Below are positions 50,801 through 64,000 of a DNA stretch of 64,000 nt, in pieces. The translations under genes were made by a program, and so were the position numbers. Numbering within the stretch: position 1 is the first letter of the stretch; each line of letters begins with the position of its first letter. Origin of the DNA: Octopus bimaculoides (lineage: Eukaryota); contig NC_068984.1 of the NCBI RefSeq assembly GCF_001194135.2, positions 15,527,971 through 15,591,970 of the forward strand. Reading direction: 5' to 3'. The notes beneath the pieces were generated by a model. The model worked only from the letters and a program-made list of their open reading frames with translations. It had not been told where the DNA came from and ran no database searches.

Positions 50801-52157
50801 CCTGAGCACAGAGATTTGTATTTTACACCATGGCTTCTTTGCCTGTCTTTATATTTATTTTTCGCTTTTTTTTGTTCTTTTGATCGCCATTGTGCATCCT
50901 GGGGTTGTACTTCAGAAACTCAGTGCTTATATGCTAAACTGTTTTCTGGTTCAACATTGCAGCTTCCTCCTTCAGTACTAGCAATTGATACGTGGGTTCA
51001 TATAACCTAAATATGAGCTTTGCAACTACTACTTAATTCTTAATACTGTTATGATAAATATTACCATAGGAGTGGCTGTGTGGTAAGTAGCTTGCTTACC
51101 AACCACATGCTTCCGGTTTCAGTCCCACTGCGTGGCACCTTGGGCGAGTGTCTTCTACTATACCCTCGGGCTGACCAAAGCTTTGAGTGGATTTGGTAGA
51201 CGGAAACTGAAAGAAGCCCATCGTATATATATATATGTGTGTGTGTGTATTTGTGTCTGTGTTTGTCCCNNNNNNNNNNGGAAACTGAAAGAAGCCCATC
51301 GTATATATATATATGTGTGTGTGTGTATTTGTGTCTGTGTTTGTCCCCTCAACATCGCTTGACAACTGATGCTGGTGTTTACATCCCCGTAATGTAGCGG
51401 TTCGGCAAAAGAGACTGATAGAATAAGTACTAGGCTTACAAAGAATAAGTCCTGGGGTCGATTTGCTAGACTAAAGGCGGTGCTCCAGCATGGCCACTGT
51501 CAAATGACTGAAACAAGTAAAAGAGAGTAGGCCTTGTATAGTAAATAATGCATATCATTACTCTGATTATAATTTTTTTTTTTCCTTTGGCTAGATTTTT
51601 TTGCTAATTCTCAATATAGTGAAGTATATCTTGCTCCACTGTCATTCCCTGTTAACCAACTGCTAGTTAGCTTCTATGTGTGAGAGAAGCAGGCAAGGAT
51701 AATTTCTAAGCGATAGACATCACCTTTTTTTCTCCTCTTCTTCGTCACTTTCTTTACTTTTCTTCTTTTCCTTCATTTTTTTTTTTTTTGCCGTCTTCAG
51801 TTTTGGTTTGTCTGTTTAACTGCTACAATCTTCCCTTCCACAGTTCAACTGCAGCCCTGCAGCTTTCCTGTTTGTATGTGCATTTATATCTGTGTGTATA
51901 CGTGTCGGTGCATTTGCTAGCCTTTCTCTTCCACTGTTTTTGTTTTTTTTTTCTACTCAAACCAGTTTGTAAACTGAGTCAGTCCTATGTCCCAGTCCAT
52001 CCACTCTCATGGTAACATTTATTTCCTACCATCCAGTTTCTTCTGGTTGCAGAAAATCTAGATAAACAGCCCCTGTCCTTGGATCAACCTAGATATAATC
52101 TTACACTACTGGTCTCCCATACTTCCTCCCCTGCTGGTTACAACACGTGCACGCACG

Positions 52158-52188
<31 letters not shown>

Positions 52189-55100
52189 ATGAGCAGGAGG
52201 GGAAGTACATCATGTGCAACTGTTAATCTAGACATTTTTTCTCTCTTCTCTCCATTTTTTTTTTCTTTTCTCATCCTTTCTGTAGAAGAATATAGGCTCA
52301 AAACATCAAGACTTCCATTTTTCCCAAAGTCTCAAACTAATACATTTTGTTTTTTGTTTCTTCACCTGTCTCTGTTTTTTGTTTTTTATACAATTTTGAA
52401 CCATATATGTCTGTGTGAGTATGTATATGTATATGTATGTGTGTGTTTGTGTGAATTTAGCAGACGGAAATTGTGTGGAAGATGGCGAGGAACATGGTGA
52501 CCTCAATAGTGCTGGTGGCATGGAAAAGGCACTCAGCACTCCTTGTAAAGTGGTTAACGTCAGGAAGGGCATCCAACCGTAGAAATTATATGAAAGCAGA
52601 CACTGGGGCATGATGCAGTCCTTCAAATATGAATGTTAAATTATGATGATGATGTATGTTTGTTGCCCCTACTGCTTGACATCTGGTGTTGGTTTGTTTA
52701 CGTTGCTGTAACTTAGCAGTTTTGCAAAATAGACCGAAAGAATAAGTACTATACCTAAAGAAAAGACAAAATACTGGGGTCAATTTGTTTAAATAAAACC
52801 CTTCAAGGCGATCCCCCAGCATGGTAGTCACCCAATGGCTGAAACAAGTCTAAAATTAGTGTGGTTAGAAGTTTGCTTCCCAACCACATGGTTCCAGGTT
52901 CAATCCCACTGCATGTCACCTTGGCTGAGTGTCTTATGCTATAGCTTTGGGCTGACCAAAATCTTGGGAGTGCATTTGGTAGAGGGAAACTGAAAGAAGC
53001 CCGTTTTGTATATATGTGTATTAGAATTTATGTCTGTGTTTGCCTTCCTCCATCACTTGACAACCGTGTTGGTGTGTTGACCCCCACCCCCATAACCTAG
53101 CAGTTCAGCAAAAGAGAGTGATAGTGTAAGGACCAGGCTTTTAAAAATAAGTACAGGGGTCAATTCATTTGACAAAAAGTTCTTTGAGGCAGTGCCCCAG
53201 CATGGCCACAGACTGAAACAAGTAAAAAAAATTTAAAAATCAATATATTTTTGATTAAATTGAAGATCACTCTTGTAATATAATTGAAAATATATTAACA
53301 GAATACATTTGTATTTAGACATTTTATGGTTTCACAGTCATCTTTCTCACATCCATTATAATTTCTTTTTCAGAATACAGTTAGCTCTTTAACGTAACTA
53401 AATATATGCATATGGAAGAAAATATTAATTATTCATCATAGCTACTTTCAGTTCCAGCGTTATTTATGTAACTCCACCCCATGTCTACCCATGAACGGGT
53501 AGATGAAGCAATATAAACAGTTATTACATCAGCCACTATACATAGTGCTTGTTTGCATTTCTACCTTTTTTTTTTCCCCCTTTTTCATGCACACACACAC
53601 ACATACACATATACACGTATGTACGAACTTAATAGATCGAACTAGTGAACTGTAACTATGCTGCAGCCTGCACACACACACACACATAAGTATCTATATC
53701 AAGCATATACTAAGGGCAGGCAGTAAGCATTTATAACATGATGCAGTGAAGCAACATGCAAAATTAGTAACCGGGGCAAAATAAGTAACTCCTGATTTCT
53801 CGTTATTTTTTCTTTACTTGTTTGAAACTATTACATTGCAAGTATTGCATCATCATTTTGTACAGTTGCATTATGTTTTGGAGGAAGAATTGGTCAGCAT
53901 AGTTTTTGTTGTTGAAGTTGAGATAGTCCGAAAACATAGTCAGGTGGTAGGTTCTCTTTTTTTTTTTTTCAAGAAATTTTTCAATTGTAATTGAAGTTGG
54001 ATAATTTTTGGTGTTTTAACAATCAATACGTTTTCTCTGTTGGATTCCAAGTCAATTTTTTCACACACTGATGTTTAATTTGATCATTTTCAAGTTTCAA
54101 AAGAAAAAAAAAAATGTCTAAAATGGGGTAAAATGAGTACTGATTAATTTAAATGATTTTTTTCCTTTAATTACATGGTGTGTAAGTATACCATGAAATG
54201 GCCACCCCAGCAGATTGTGAAGCCATAGAGAATATTCTATTTTGGGTTTCACTGATTTCATACTATGTTCCTATTTTCCCTTGAGCCTCTTTCATTTGAC
54301 CTAGATATTTAAAATTTCTTTTGCATTTCTGATCTTTCTGAAGTCTTGGAATGTATATTGTTATGTATGAGTCAGTTTTTTGGAGAATTGAAGCCACAGA
54401 TTTACCTTATCTTGTCTTACTCATTTTCCCCCAGCCAAATTTGTCTTTTATATGCTCAAAGAGAATGGCGAAATTTTCTGAAATAGTGATCAGATTATGC
54501 AATAATGTTTTAAATGCATTTAGGGAAGGCCATCTGTTTAGCTCATATAGTTTTTGTAAGGTAGTAAACATTTAAAAAATATATTTTCTCTCTCAAAGTC
54601 AAAAATGCAGTGGAAACACTTCATTCTTCTAAACCGTGTGGTCCTGTGTTCAGCCCCACTGCGCTACACGTTGGGCAAGTGCCCAATTTACTATTTTGCT
54701 GTGTGGACCCCAAAAATCTTATATGGCCCCTCATGGGCCATATGGATACGCGTTGGGAACCACTGTTTTAGAATATAATTTATGAACAATGAAGAATAAT
54801 AATAAAATTGAATCAAATAGGCATTTTTCTTCAATTATACAAGATACCTACCTTGAACTGAAGTGTCGAATCACGCACATATACATTAGTTTTCGGTTCC
54901 TATTTATCTCGTTTTTAATAACTACTTTCATAATATTATCTCGACTACGACTGTTTCACTTGATCCAATCAACGGAACAGCTTGCTCGTGAAATTAACGT
55001 GCAAGTGGTTGAGCACTCCACAGACACGTGTACCCTTAACGTAGTTCTCAGGGAGATTCAGCACGACACAGAATGTGACAAGGCTGGCTGGCCCTTTGAA

Positions 55101-55334
55101 TTACAAGTACAACTCAATTTTGCCAGCAGAGTGAACTGGAGCAACGTGAAACAATGAGTCTTGCTGAAGGACTCAACGCACCAACAGGTATCGAACTCAC
55201 GACATTACGATCGTGAGATGAATACCCTAACCACCAAGCCACGCGCTTTATATATATATATTTGACTTATATAATACCAAAACACCCTGAAGTCTGCGAT
55301 AGTCAACAAAATAGAAATAAAAATAGAAAATTTA

Positions 55335-55604
55335 GGATCTTGTTCAAAACGGGGGCACCAGTATTTTCTTAACGAAACTTTGAAACTTGGGACACTGGTA
55401 GAATGTGTCATATAAACTTGTCAGTGATTGGTTGAAATTATCGAAATAAGACAATTTTTTACATGAAATAAATTCGAATACAAAATTTTTTTTCTGTTCT
55501 ATAACACAAAATAGATAAGTATACGAAGTTTGAAAGTCTTTCGGTACCAAAAACACTACATAAAACATAAATGAAAACTGGTGCCCCCGTTTTGAACAAG
55601 ATCC
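55335..55604. mobile_element. 270-bp MITE with perfect 28-bp TIRs and 8-bp TSD (Merlin-like)
   Basis: GGATCTTGTTCAAAACGGGGGCACCAGT (55335-55362) is the exact reverse complement of 55577-55604; AAAATTTA flanks both sides. Confidence 0.85.
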
Positions 55605-55829
55605 AAAATTTATTCTTTCTGTGAGACCCGGTACCAAATGAGCCACAGCCAGTGATTGGGGACCCTGCTGTACGGCTTGTAATACTTTAATTATTGAAAT
55701 CTGAAGAAAGTGGCTTACAAAGCATATGAAAAATCCTTGTCCTAAGCAGGCCAGGATGAAGTGGATAAATGAAGCACAGCATGTAGCTAAGGTGACTGGT
55801 CAACTAAATACTGCATACAAGTAGCAGCT

Positions 55830-57190
55830 GCTACTGAACTGAGTGCACACGAAAAAAACAAAATCATTATCGAGATTGTTGTTCACAGCCAAACAAAATG
55901 TAGCTCAACGATGTCACGCAGTAGCTTCGATGATGTTTCTTGGTAACCTTTCGCAGATTATCTTCGGTTCAAGCACATTCTTTAGCTAAAAGAAAAAACT
56001 GAAACGTCACTTAGATGCAATAATGACTAAAAGAATGCATAAAGGAACGATGGCAGTGATAGCTAGTAGTCAATTTTCAGAGGCATTTTCTGTTGTCAGA
56101 CTGGAACTAGACAGGGCTGTGTTTTAGTTCCTGTACTTTTCCTCATATTATTTTCAATGATGGTCCAACATGCTTTCAGGGATTACCATGAAGGTGTAAA
56201 ATTCCAGTTTAGCTCAGGAGGAGGTTTACTAGGTTTGGAAAGGCATAGTTTCAGATCAAAGAAAAAGACCAAAGAAGAGATTTGTTGAAGATTGCGCTCT
56301 GATTTCTCATACATTTAAGGGAATTCAGGAAACGATCGACAAGTTTACAGCCGCAACCCGTGCATTTGGACTGACTATCAGCATCGAGAAGACTGAAGTT
56401 TTATTCCAACTAAAGCCTGGTGCAGAACAGACTCATGATTCGAACGTGATGACAAGACAACAAGCCACTCAAATGGGCCAGGTCATTTAAATATCTTGGA
56501 AGTATAGTAAACTTTAAGAGTACTTTTGATGACAAATTCAACGTTTGAATATCTAAGGCTACAAGTGCTTTTGGAAAACTTTCCCATCGTTTGTGGGGTG
56601 AATACAGAATCAGTCTGAAAATTAATGCAAGTTTATACAAATCTTGTATTTTGAGCACACTTTTGCATGGGTCGGAAGCATGGACTCCCTACTACAGACA
56701 TATAAAGAAACAGAAAATCTCTCACACGTGCTGTCTGCGCAACATAACATGGCAGGATAAGATATCAAATGTCAAAATCTTAGAAAAACGATGACAATTC
56801 AATGCAGATGGGTAGGATATGTTCGAATGAAAGATGACCGTATTCCAAAAATTCTTTTGTATGGCCAATAAGTAGTGGGATATCGCGATAAAGGAAGACC
56901 CACCCTTAGGTATAAAGATAAGTTGAAGCAACCACTAAGATCTGTACAGCTTAACTTGACATCTGGGGAAAGTCATTGCCTAGATAGATCTGCATGGCAT
57001 AAAATGTGTCTTGATGCATCAAAACAATTACAGTTTAAGAAAACGAACAATAAAAGAATTATATCCTGCCATCAACAGACACATTTGTCCAATCTCAGGC
57101 ACAATCAAAATCATCAGTGTCCCCATTCTAACTTCATAGCAAAATCCATCCTTGGACTCAAATTACATTTATGCATCCATCGCAAATAAA
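55830..57190 (+). mobile_element. Decayed RTE/BovB-like LINE, RT C-terminal half; a second family
   Basis: FVEDCAL..FGLTISIEKTEVLFQ (56281 onward), SLYKSCILSTLLHGSEAWT, WQDKISNVKIL, GRPTLRYKDKLK, DRSAW, and a degenerate C2H2 CPHS..GLKLHLCIH. Multiple stops and frameshifts. Confidence 0.88.
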
Positions 57191-60100
57191 CATAACTTCT
57201 TTTGTTATTTCCTTTTTAAAAGGTCTCCCCCACCCCATTTTTTAAAATCTTCAAACACTCATACGTCGAAATCGAGGGGAGTGACCATCGTCCTAGACAT
57301 GTGTATCTCGACCATTTTTGTTCCACTCTGCACTTAGACTCCGCCCCTCCCATCCCAAAAGTACGTCCCACCACGACGGGAAAAGTTATTACAATTTTTA
57401 TTCATTTGTTACTTACCTACGCCCAATTCTGGAGTCCCACGCCTCAGCAAAACAACACCACACCCCATCTTGAAAAAACATTGGGTTAAAATAGATGGAA
57501 TATCTCTCTGCAAGTGAAAGACGCTTTCGTAGTCTTAGAGTTAAAGTTCAAAGCTGAAGTTGTTATTCTACTTCTGTCAGTTCAATTTGACCCTGCCTAA
57601 CTTTAAACTGTATAGCAAAGGCATCTAAAAGTTATAAGTAACCACTAACAAATCTATGCTCTTAATTCTAAACCCAATAACATAATTATAGGGAATTACG
57701 CAATAAAATTTATTACCAAACATCACAAAACATTGCCAATAGAAAATCTTTTTTTCAACATCATTATCAAATAATCAGAGGAGTCCGTAGAATTTATGGA
57801 ATATTTCAAATCTCAACAGTGGGTCCGCCACGATTTTCTATACAGAATTGTTCCTTATAATGTCTAATATAATTCAGAATTCATTAATCCTTTACGATAC
57901 AACTCTGAAATAACAGAATTGAAATTAAGGTTAAGTTGTTTACGCTGTTACCAGGGTCAAAGTCAACTTCTTTGGGCCCTCAAAGGGTAGCATTGTGGGA
58001 GGCAAACAGTGTGTTTTTTAAATGGTAGTTCATATCAGATATGGTAGTCTCAGATGGTGACGGATAGAATAATGTCTCTCATCAAGGTTCGCTCGATCAG
58101 GGTGAGTTTTTCCTGGGGTTGAACATCATAACAAGCATAAAAGGAAGCTACATAAAACATTGGGAATTAACTCATTAAGAATTATAAGCTTCGGAGTTTA
58201 AGAAGTAAGCTTGTTGCAAGTCGAAACCACTAAATAGTTTTACTTACAATACAAACCAACACAGAGTTGCGAGAAATTGGTTTACAAGTAGCATTTTCAC
58301 TACTTTTCAGGGTTATACGCAGGCAGAAGGCGGTGAGTTGGCATAATCATTAGCACGCCAGAAAAATGCTTAGCGGCATTTTTTTCCCGGCTTTACGTTC
58401 CGTGTTCAAATTTCTCCAAGGTCGATTTTCTTCCTTTCGGGGTCGATGAAATATGTATAAGTTAAGCGACTTCTCCTCCCCTCAAAATTACTGGCCTTGT
58501 GCCAAAATTTGAATCTTGGCAATTCACTAATTTTTAAAGTTTAAAAGTTATTATTACTACAATAACATGTTCAGTTATTAACAGTTGGTAAATTATAAAT
58601 GACCTACAAGTAATACCCTGTTGTAAAAATTTGAACTAGGACTTCAGTTTGAGGATGATCTCTCTTCCTCCAGTTTTCTCTCCAGCTTTTCTGGCCCTGA
58701 AAGCGGTTATTGGCATTACTGGATCACCTCTAACTAAGCCGTATGAATGACAATTCTTAACAGCACAGTCAACCTAGCCGTAAGTACCACAAGGTGGAAT
58801 GGTTGGTTAATCGTTGTAAACTGCGGCATTCTAATAAGTCGTTTATATCTACCCTAGTACTTGACTGGTATTTCATTTTAACGATCTTCGAAGGATGAAA
58901 GGCAAAATTGACCTCGAGAGGATTTGAAATTAGAACGTAAAGAGCTAGGACTAATATCACAAGATATATATTATATTATCCGGATGTGAGCCAGCGGTTT
59001 TCAACTTTTTAGACTTAGTGCTACATTGGATATCAAGTAAAACATTACTGGTACACCGCGCATGGTCTTTCAAGACGCTTGTATATTAGTTTGGATTTTT
59101 TTGCAATTGAAAGCATTTAATAGAATTAGATACATCTATACTATAAAACCACATTAAAATACAAATTAAACCAAAAAAGACACAAACATGAGCGAAGAAA
59201 GAAAAAAAGAAGAGGAAAAGAGAAAGAAAAGAAAGATATTTTCTATTGTAAATCATATTTTTAAAAACATGCATATTTTGGATAACCTTAAATTATATTT
59301 TTAAAAAGTCCTACGTACTCCTTGTGCCGGTAGCTCATACACTTTCGTAGAGTTTTTGGAACTAACATTGCGGATGTTACCCATATCAGAATGTAAGAGC
59401 CCGAAAATGTCATCGTGTTATTAACTACATATTAGACTTGATGCCATGATTAGAACATTATGCAGAAAGAGAATCATGAGGACACTATTATAAAAAGCTA
59501 CGATGATGTGTAGGGCACACGCACACTTAGTACGAACGAATACTGACACAATACTCCTGTGAAAATTCTAATAGAATGCAAACATAATATTCCAATGAAA
59601 GAGCATTTTTCTAGGCTAGAAATCCATTCTTTTCTCCATTGAGAAATTCGGAAAGAAAAAAAAAAGAAGAAAAAAACTCATACAGGAAAGCGTTAATGAA
59701 TATTTGCTGCTGCTATCCAATATGCTAGAAACAGCAGCTATGTCCTCCGATAAAATTATACATTTTATGGTGCGAAAGTGTACGAACGCCTTGCGCCGTG
59801 GTGCACCATTCGAGAATCACTGTAGTGTGATTACAGGGAGATTTAGCTGCTATTGCTAGAAGATCGAACGATAGTGACTAGATGACATATTAAAAAAAAA
59901 AAAACTTCGTCACAAAGGACTTTAGCTTAACCCCTTTAACTTTAACGATATATATATACGCGCACGCACACACTATTTTTCACTGAAGTCCGAAGGTATA
60001 GAATAAAAAAGAAGAGAAATGGAATATTATATTAATGCTTTCCCGAGGGACCTAATAAATAAAGACATTTTAATTGGGAGCCAAAATCACGTCACCAACT

Positions 60101-60809
60101 TGTCAGTAATTTGTCACACCATTATTATTTCAAATTCCCATTCTGCTATCAATCCGCTTCTCTAAAACCTAACCGTTTCTTTCCATTTATTTCCAGCAAT
60201 GTCATTATTGTCCACTTCCTTATTCCCATTCTTTCACAAGCATTAGACATGTTAGATATAGTTATTTTATTTAATATTATGCAGTGAGTGCGTTAAACGT
60301 GATGCAAACTTCGCGCAATTCGAGTTTGCGAACCGGTTTCGAGTATTTTTTCCCCCAATTTCTTGCGAGAAAGAGAGAGAGAGGGAGAGAGCGCGGATTC
60401 TTGTGTAAGCCTTATATACAAAATAGAATATAAATTAGTTGGCTTTCTGGGTTCAAATCACGGCGGGGGTACCAGAATTAGAAAGGTGAAAAAAAAAAAA
60501 AAAAAAAATTAGAATAGCATATGATTTTTATAAAAAAAAAAAAAAGAATTGTTTCGTTAAAGAAGTACTGAAATATAAAATGATTTTCATTTAAAAAGTT
60601 TGTATAAAGCAATCCTAATTAATATATTTTCTCCGATTGACAAATTTGATGGGCGGAATCTAATTATCAATAACTCAGCATATTTACCTTATTTCACCAA
60701 AGAGCTCCTCCTCTTTGTTGGGCCGGTTCTAGCATTAACTGTAAGGCTAATTAATTGAGGATATTTTCCTGTTTATAACCTTTAACCTTAGCTTTCTTTA
60801 AATTTCGTT

Positions 60810-60915
60810 ATGTCGAATAGACGAAAGCGATGCGACATCCCAGCCAATATCATGGTTGGTTTTCTCGGTGCTGGTCGCATGGCACAGGCCATGGCGAGAG
60901 GACTTATTACTGGAG
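60810..60915 (+). CDS. PYCR3: Pyrroline-5-carboxylate reductase, PYCR3/PYCRL-like; first coding exon only
   Basis: ATG at 60810 gives MSNRRKRCDIPANIMVGFLGAGRMAQAMARGLITG, then a phase-1 donor G|GTAGGT. Contains the Rossmann GxGxxA motif; VGFxGAGRMA resembles PYCR3. No exon 2 found before 64000, so paralogue assignment rests on 35 aa. Confidence 0.75.
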
Positions 60916-63900
60916 GTAGGTGAAATTTAGAAATCCTGTCAGTGATTTCTGACAATGCTTTGTCTTTCGTTGTGTAACTCCTACCGTTTTTTATTTCTTA
61001 TATTTAAACAAAGGATTTACGATGTTTTTTATTTTTTATTATACACTTGACATTCATGCTGATGTAGAGAAAATGTAAACAGATTGTGAATTAGTAACGC
61101 ACTTTGTTCAATTTCATTTTTGCTTTTTTTTTTTTCAAATTTCAGTTGCCTCTTGCTTATTTTTACATTTTAGTTTGACAGTTATAAATTTGGATTTAAA
61201 AGCTTAAAATATAGGTCTTTTCTAATTTTTTTTTCAAAAATTCAGCTTTGTAAATAATAGAACGATTAAAACTTGCAGCATATAATTACGCAACCAAATA
61301 CTGACTAAAAGCTGTATGTAATAAACCACCTGCCAACCTTTGACCTATACAACTGAACACCACCTCTTCCATAGAGATCGGGCAGCTAAGCAGTTAAACT
61401 GAGTAGCAGACAGAAGGCGCACACCAAAGAATAACATCCCTATAAGACACCAGGATGCGATTGGAATTGTAATAGATGAAGACAAATGAAAATCCATATT
61501 TGATAATTAGTCTTAAATAAAAGCCTAATTTATGGGGAACGTAAGGTATAAAGTTTGTGTGTGTACAGTTTTTACTCTGTTGTACTTTTGGTAAACTAGT
61601 TGCTTGGCTCCAGGTCTTTTCGGCCATGATCATCTAGTTTTTTTCCCGGGCATTATGTAACTATGGTTACATTATCTTATATGTCCTTCCCTTTTTAAGG
61701 CTGCAAGGCGTAACTTGACGGGAGATTTAGCTGTTATTTCTAGCAGGTCGAGCGACCACGTAGAGTCTCGTTGGTTAAGAATGAATGAAAATTTACAGCA
61801 GAAAGTCAGCAATTATGTAATAATAGCACTTAACTATCAATCATTCAATGAAACATCAATAATATTGATTTTGTCAATCGTTTTTGATAGGAGGTAAGAT
61901 TTGTGATGCCATATAAACTTGAGCCCTTTTACAAAAAAAAAAAAAAAATCACACCAGAAGGTTTAATAAAAATTGAAAACATATATACCTTTTAATTATA
62001 TTTTGAAGCCTGAAGCTGTATTTGTGTAACTAATATCTAGATCCAGTACTGGTGATGCTCTCGACATTTTATAAAGGAGAGTATCCATCAATGGGTCATT
62101 AAACTTATTGGATTCAGTAAAAGAAGTGAGGGAGGAGATTGATGATCGTACTTCTTTCAGAGACATAGGACGTGGAATCCCCGGCCGCAAAAATAATTAA
62201 AGAATAAAAAGTGAATTAAAGCGGGGCTCTGGAGTCGGATTATTGCCTGCTTATCTTCGACAGTGGTTCTCAATCTTTTCACAATCAAGAACCCTTTTTA
62301 TTTCCCCATGGATCCTACGCTTTTGAAAGGTCTATCGAATAAGCCGACCCGATTTTATTAACTAACAACAAATTCGTTTCCCCAGTTTCATCTTTCAGTT
62401 GAAAGATACGTCTACATTTTACATTGTAGCCTCTTAAAATTTAAAACAAACCTCTAACATTACCTTTGTGGACTCATAGAAGTCCGCGAATCCAAGCTTA
62501 AGAACCTCTAACTTAGAAGATATACTAATAAAATCTGGGAGTTGGGGACCCTGTACCCACATACATATTTGAAGCCTCTCGCTAATGAAGTCTCTAAAAA
62601 ACTATCTAATTTAATCAAGACTCAAACAACAGTTTTAACTTACATATCTATAAATTTGTATAAATTGAAGATTCATTATTTTTTTCGGCAGAAATGCAGT
62701 CCCACAAGTTCTAGTATACTTGCCTATCGGCCCTCAAGCTAAAAGGTTTCCATGCCCGTCTGTCTATGTGGTCTTTCGACCTCCTAGAAACGGCAGCCAA
62801 ATATCCTTCAGATCACACTGTCATTTAAAGAAGAGAAGAACTTACAGGATAATATATTAGATATGCTATAAAAGATGAGGTGGCCATCGTTGGTACGTGT
62901 TGGATCGTACGTCAACTCATTCAGCTCTGATTTAGGACTAAACAACAATAAGCAATGGTGTCGTTGATGCTGATGCAACCATTTGCAAAGAGTATCTCTA
63001 ATAAAAGATTGTATCAACATTTGTAAAAAAAAACATTGATAAAAAATATCTTTTATAATGGCGATATCATACATGAATAATAGTAATAATAATAGACATC
63101 TGTTCTTTATCATTTTTGATATTTAACATTCATTTAACTTTGAGGATCTTTTATCTTTTACCTGTTTCAATCATTAAACTGCGGCCATGCTGAAGCACTG
63201 CCTTGAAGCGTTTTAGGCGAAGATATCGACCCCCTGTGCTTTTTTTAAAAAAAGCCTGGTACTTATTCTATTGATTTTTATTTGCCGAATCACTAAGTTA
63301 CGGGGAGGTAAACAAATCAGCATCGGTTGTCAAGCGGTAGTGGGGGACAAACTCACACACACACACATCCCGCGCGCGTGTGTACGATGGGCTTCTTTCA
63401 ATTTCCACTAAGTCCACCCACTCGCAAAGTTTTGGTCGGCTTGTGTTTATAATAGAAGATATTTGCCCAAAGTGCGATGCATTGGGACTGAACCCAGAAC
63501 CATATGGTTGGGAAGCAATCTTTGTACCACACAGCTACGCCTGTATAGAAATTTAATTCAAAATTCATACTATTGGGAAATGCCATTTTCTTCTCTCCTG
63601 TAAATTTGAAGTTGTAGTATTTTAAGTATTAGCTTATATCGTCATTTAAAACAAGTGATTTTGACTATGGACCCTGCAGTTTGTTTGGCAGTTGGGTTGT
63701 AAAGGTTTGAAAATATAAATTATGAATTTCAAAGAAATTATATTTAATTTCGTTTTTGGATTTAGTTTGCAAGATTCTTTATGTGAGTTCGTGTGTTGAA
63801 GCATGTTCTGTTGTGTCTGGGGAGAGTCATTTTCTTTTTGGGCCTTTATAATTTAACACACTTACCGGTAAAATTTCCACTTATTTCTTATTTTTATTTT

Positions 63901-64000
63901 CCTAAAATATTCGTTGCGTCTTGCAACCTTTTCAATAGTCAGAAAATAAAAATAAGAAATAAGTGGAAATTTTACCGGTGAGTGTGTTAAATTATAAGGC

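Noticed and set aside
51200-51350. Apparent direct duplication of about 70 nt within a SINE
   Set aside because: Identical sequence on both sides of a 10-N gap; typical unmerged contig overlap.

Overview
AT-rich, repeat-dense metazoan genomic DNA with six N gaps. The repeat families look like those of an octopus or other coleoid cephalopod (inference from recognition, not a database hit). Manual splice reconstruction gives four intron-containing genes. (1) An Emi1/Rca1-family APC/C inhibitor (FBXO5/FBXO43 co-orthologue; + strand, 4 coding exons, 319 aa). (2) The tRNA-splicing endonuclease catalytic subunit TSEN34 (- strand, 6 exons, 297 aa; the frame closes only with a GC donor). (3) MCM3 (+ strand, 22 exons, 818 aa), head-to-head with TSEN34. 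(4) The first exon of a PYCR3-like pyrroline-5-carboxylate reductase. Introns and intergenic DNA contain two RTE-type LINE relics, many 5'-truncated LINE 3' ends, tRNA-derived SINEs, two mariner relics, and piggyBac-, hAT- and Merlin-like MITEs. No CRISPR, rRNA or functional tRNA is supported, and I found no convincing new multi-gene system. The most interesting points are: the commonest repeat is the modular, hairpin-built 3' UTR of a LINE whose RT carries a PHD-type finger; Emi1 has a KEN motif but no canonical D-box; TSEN34 has a weak GC donor and a possible alternative first exon; and there is an intact MITE with 28-bp TIRs and an 8-bp TSD. Identity values are estimates by eye.
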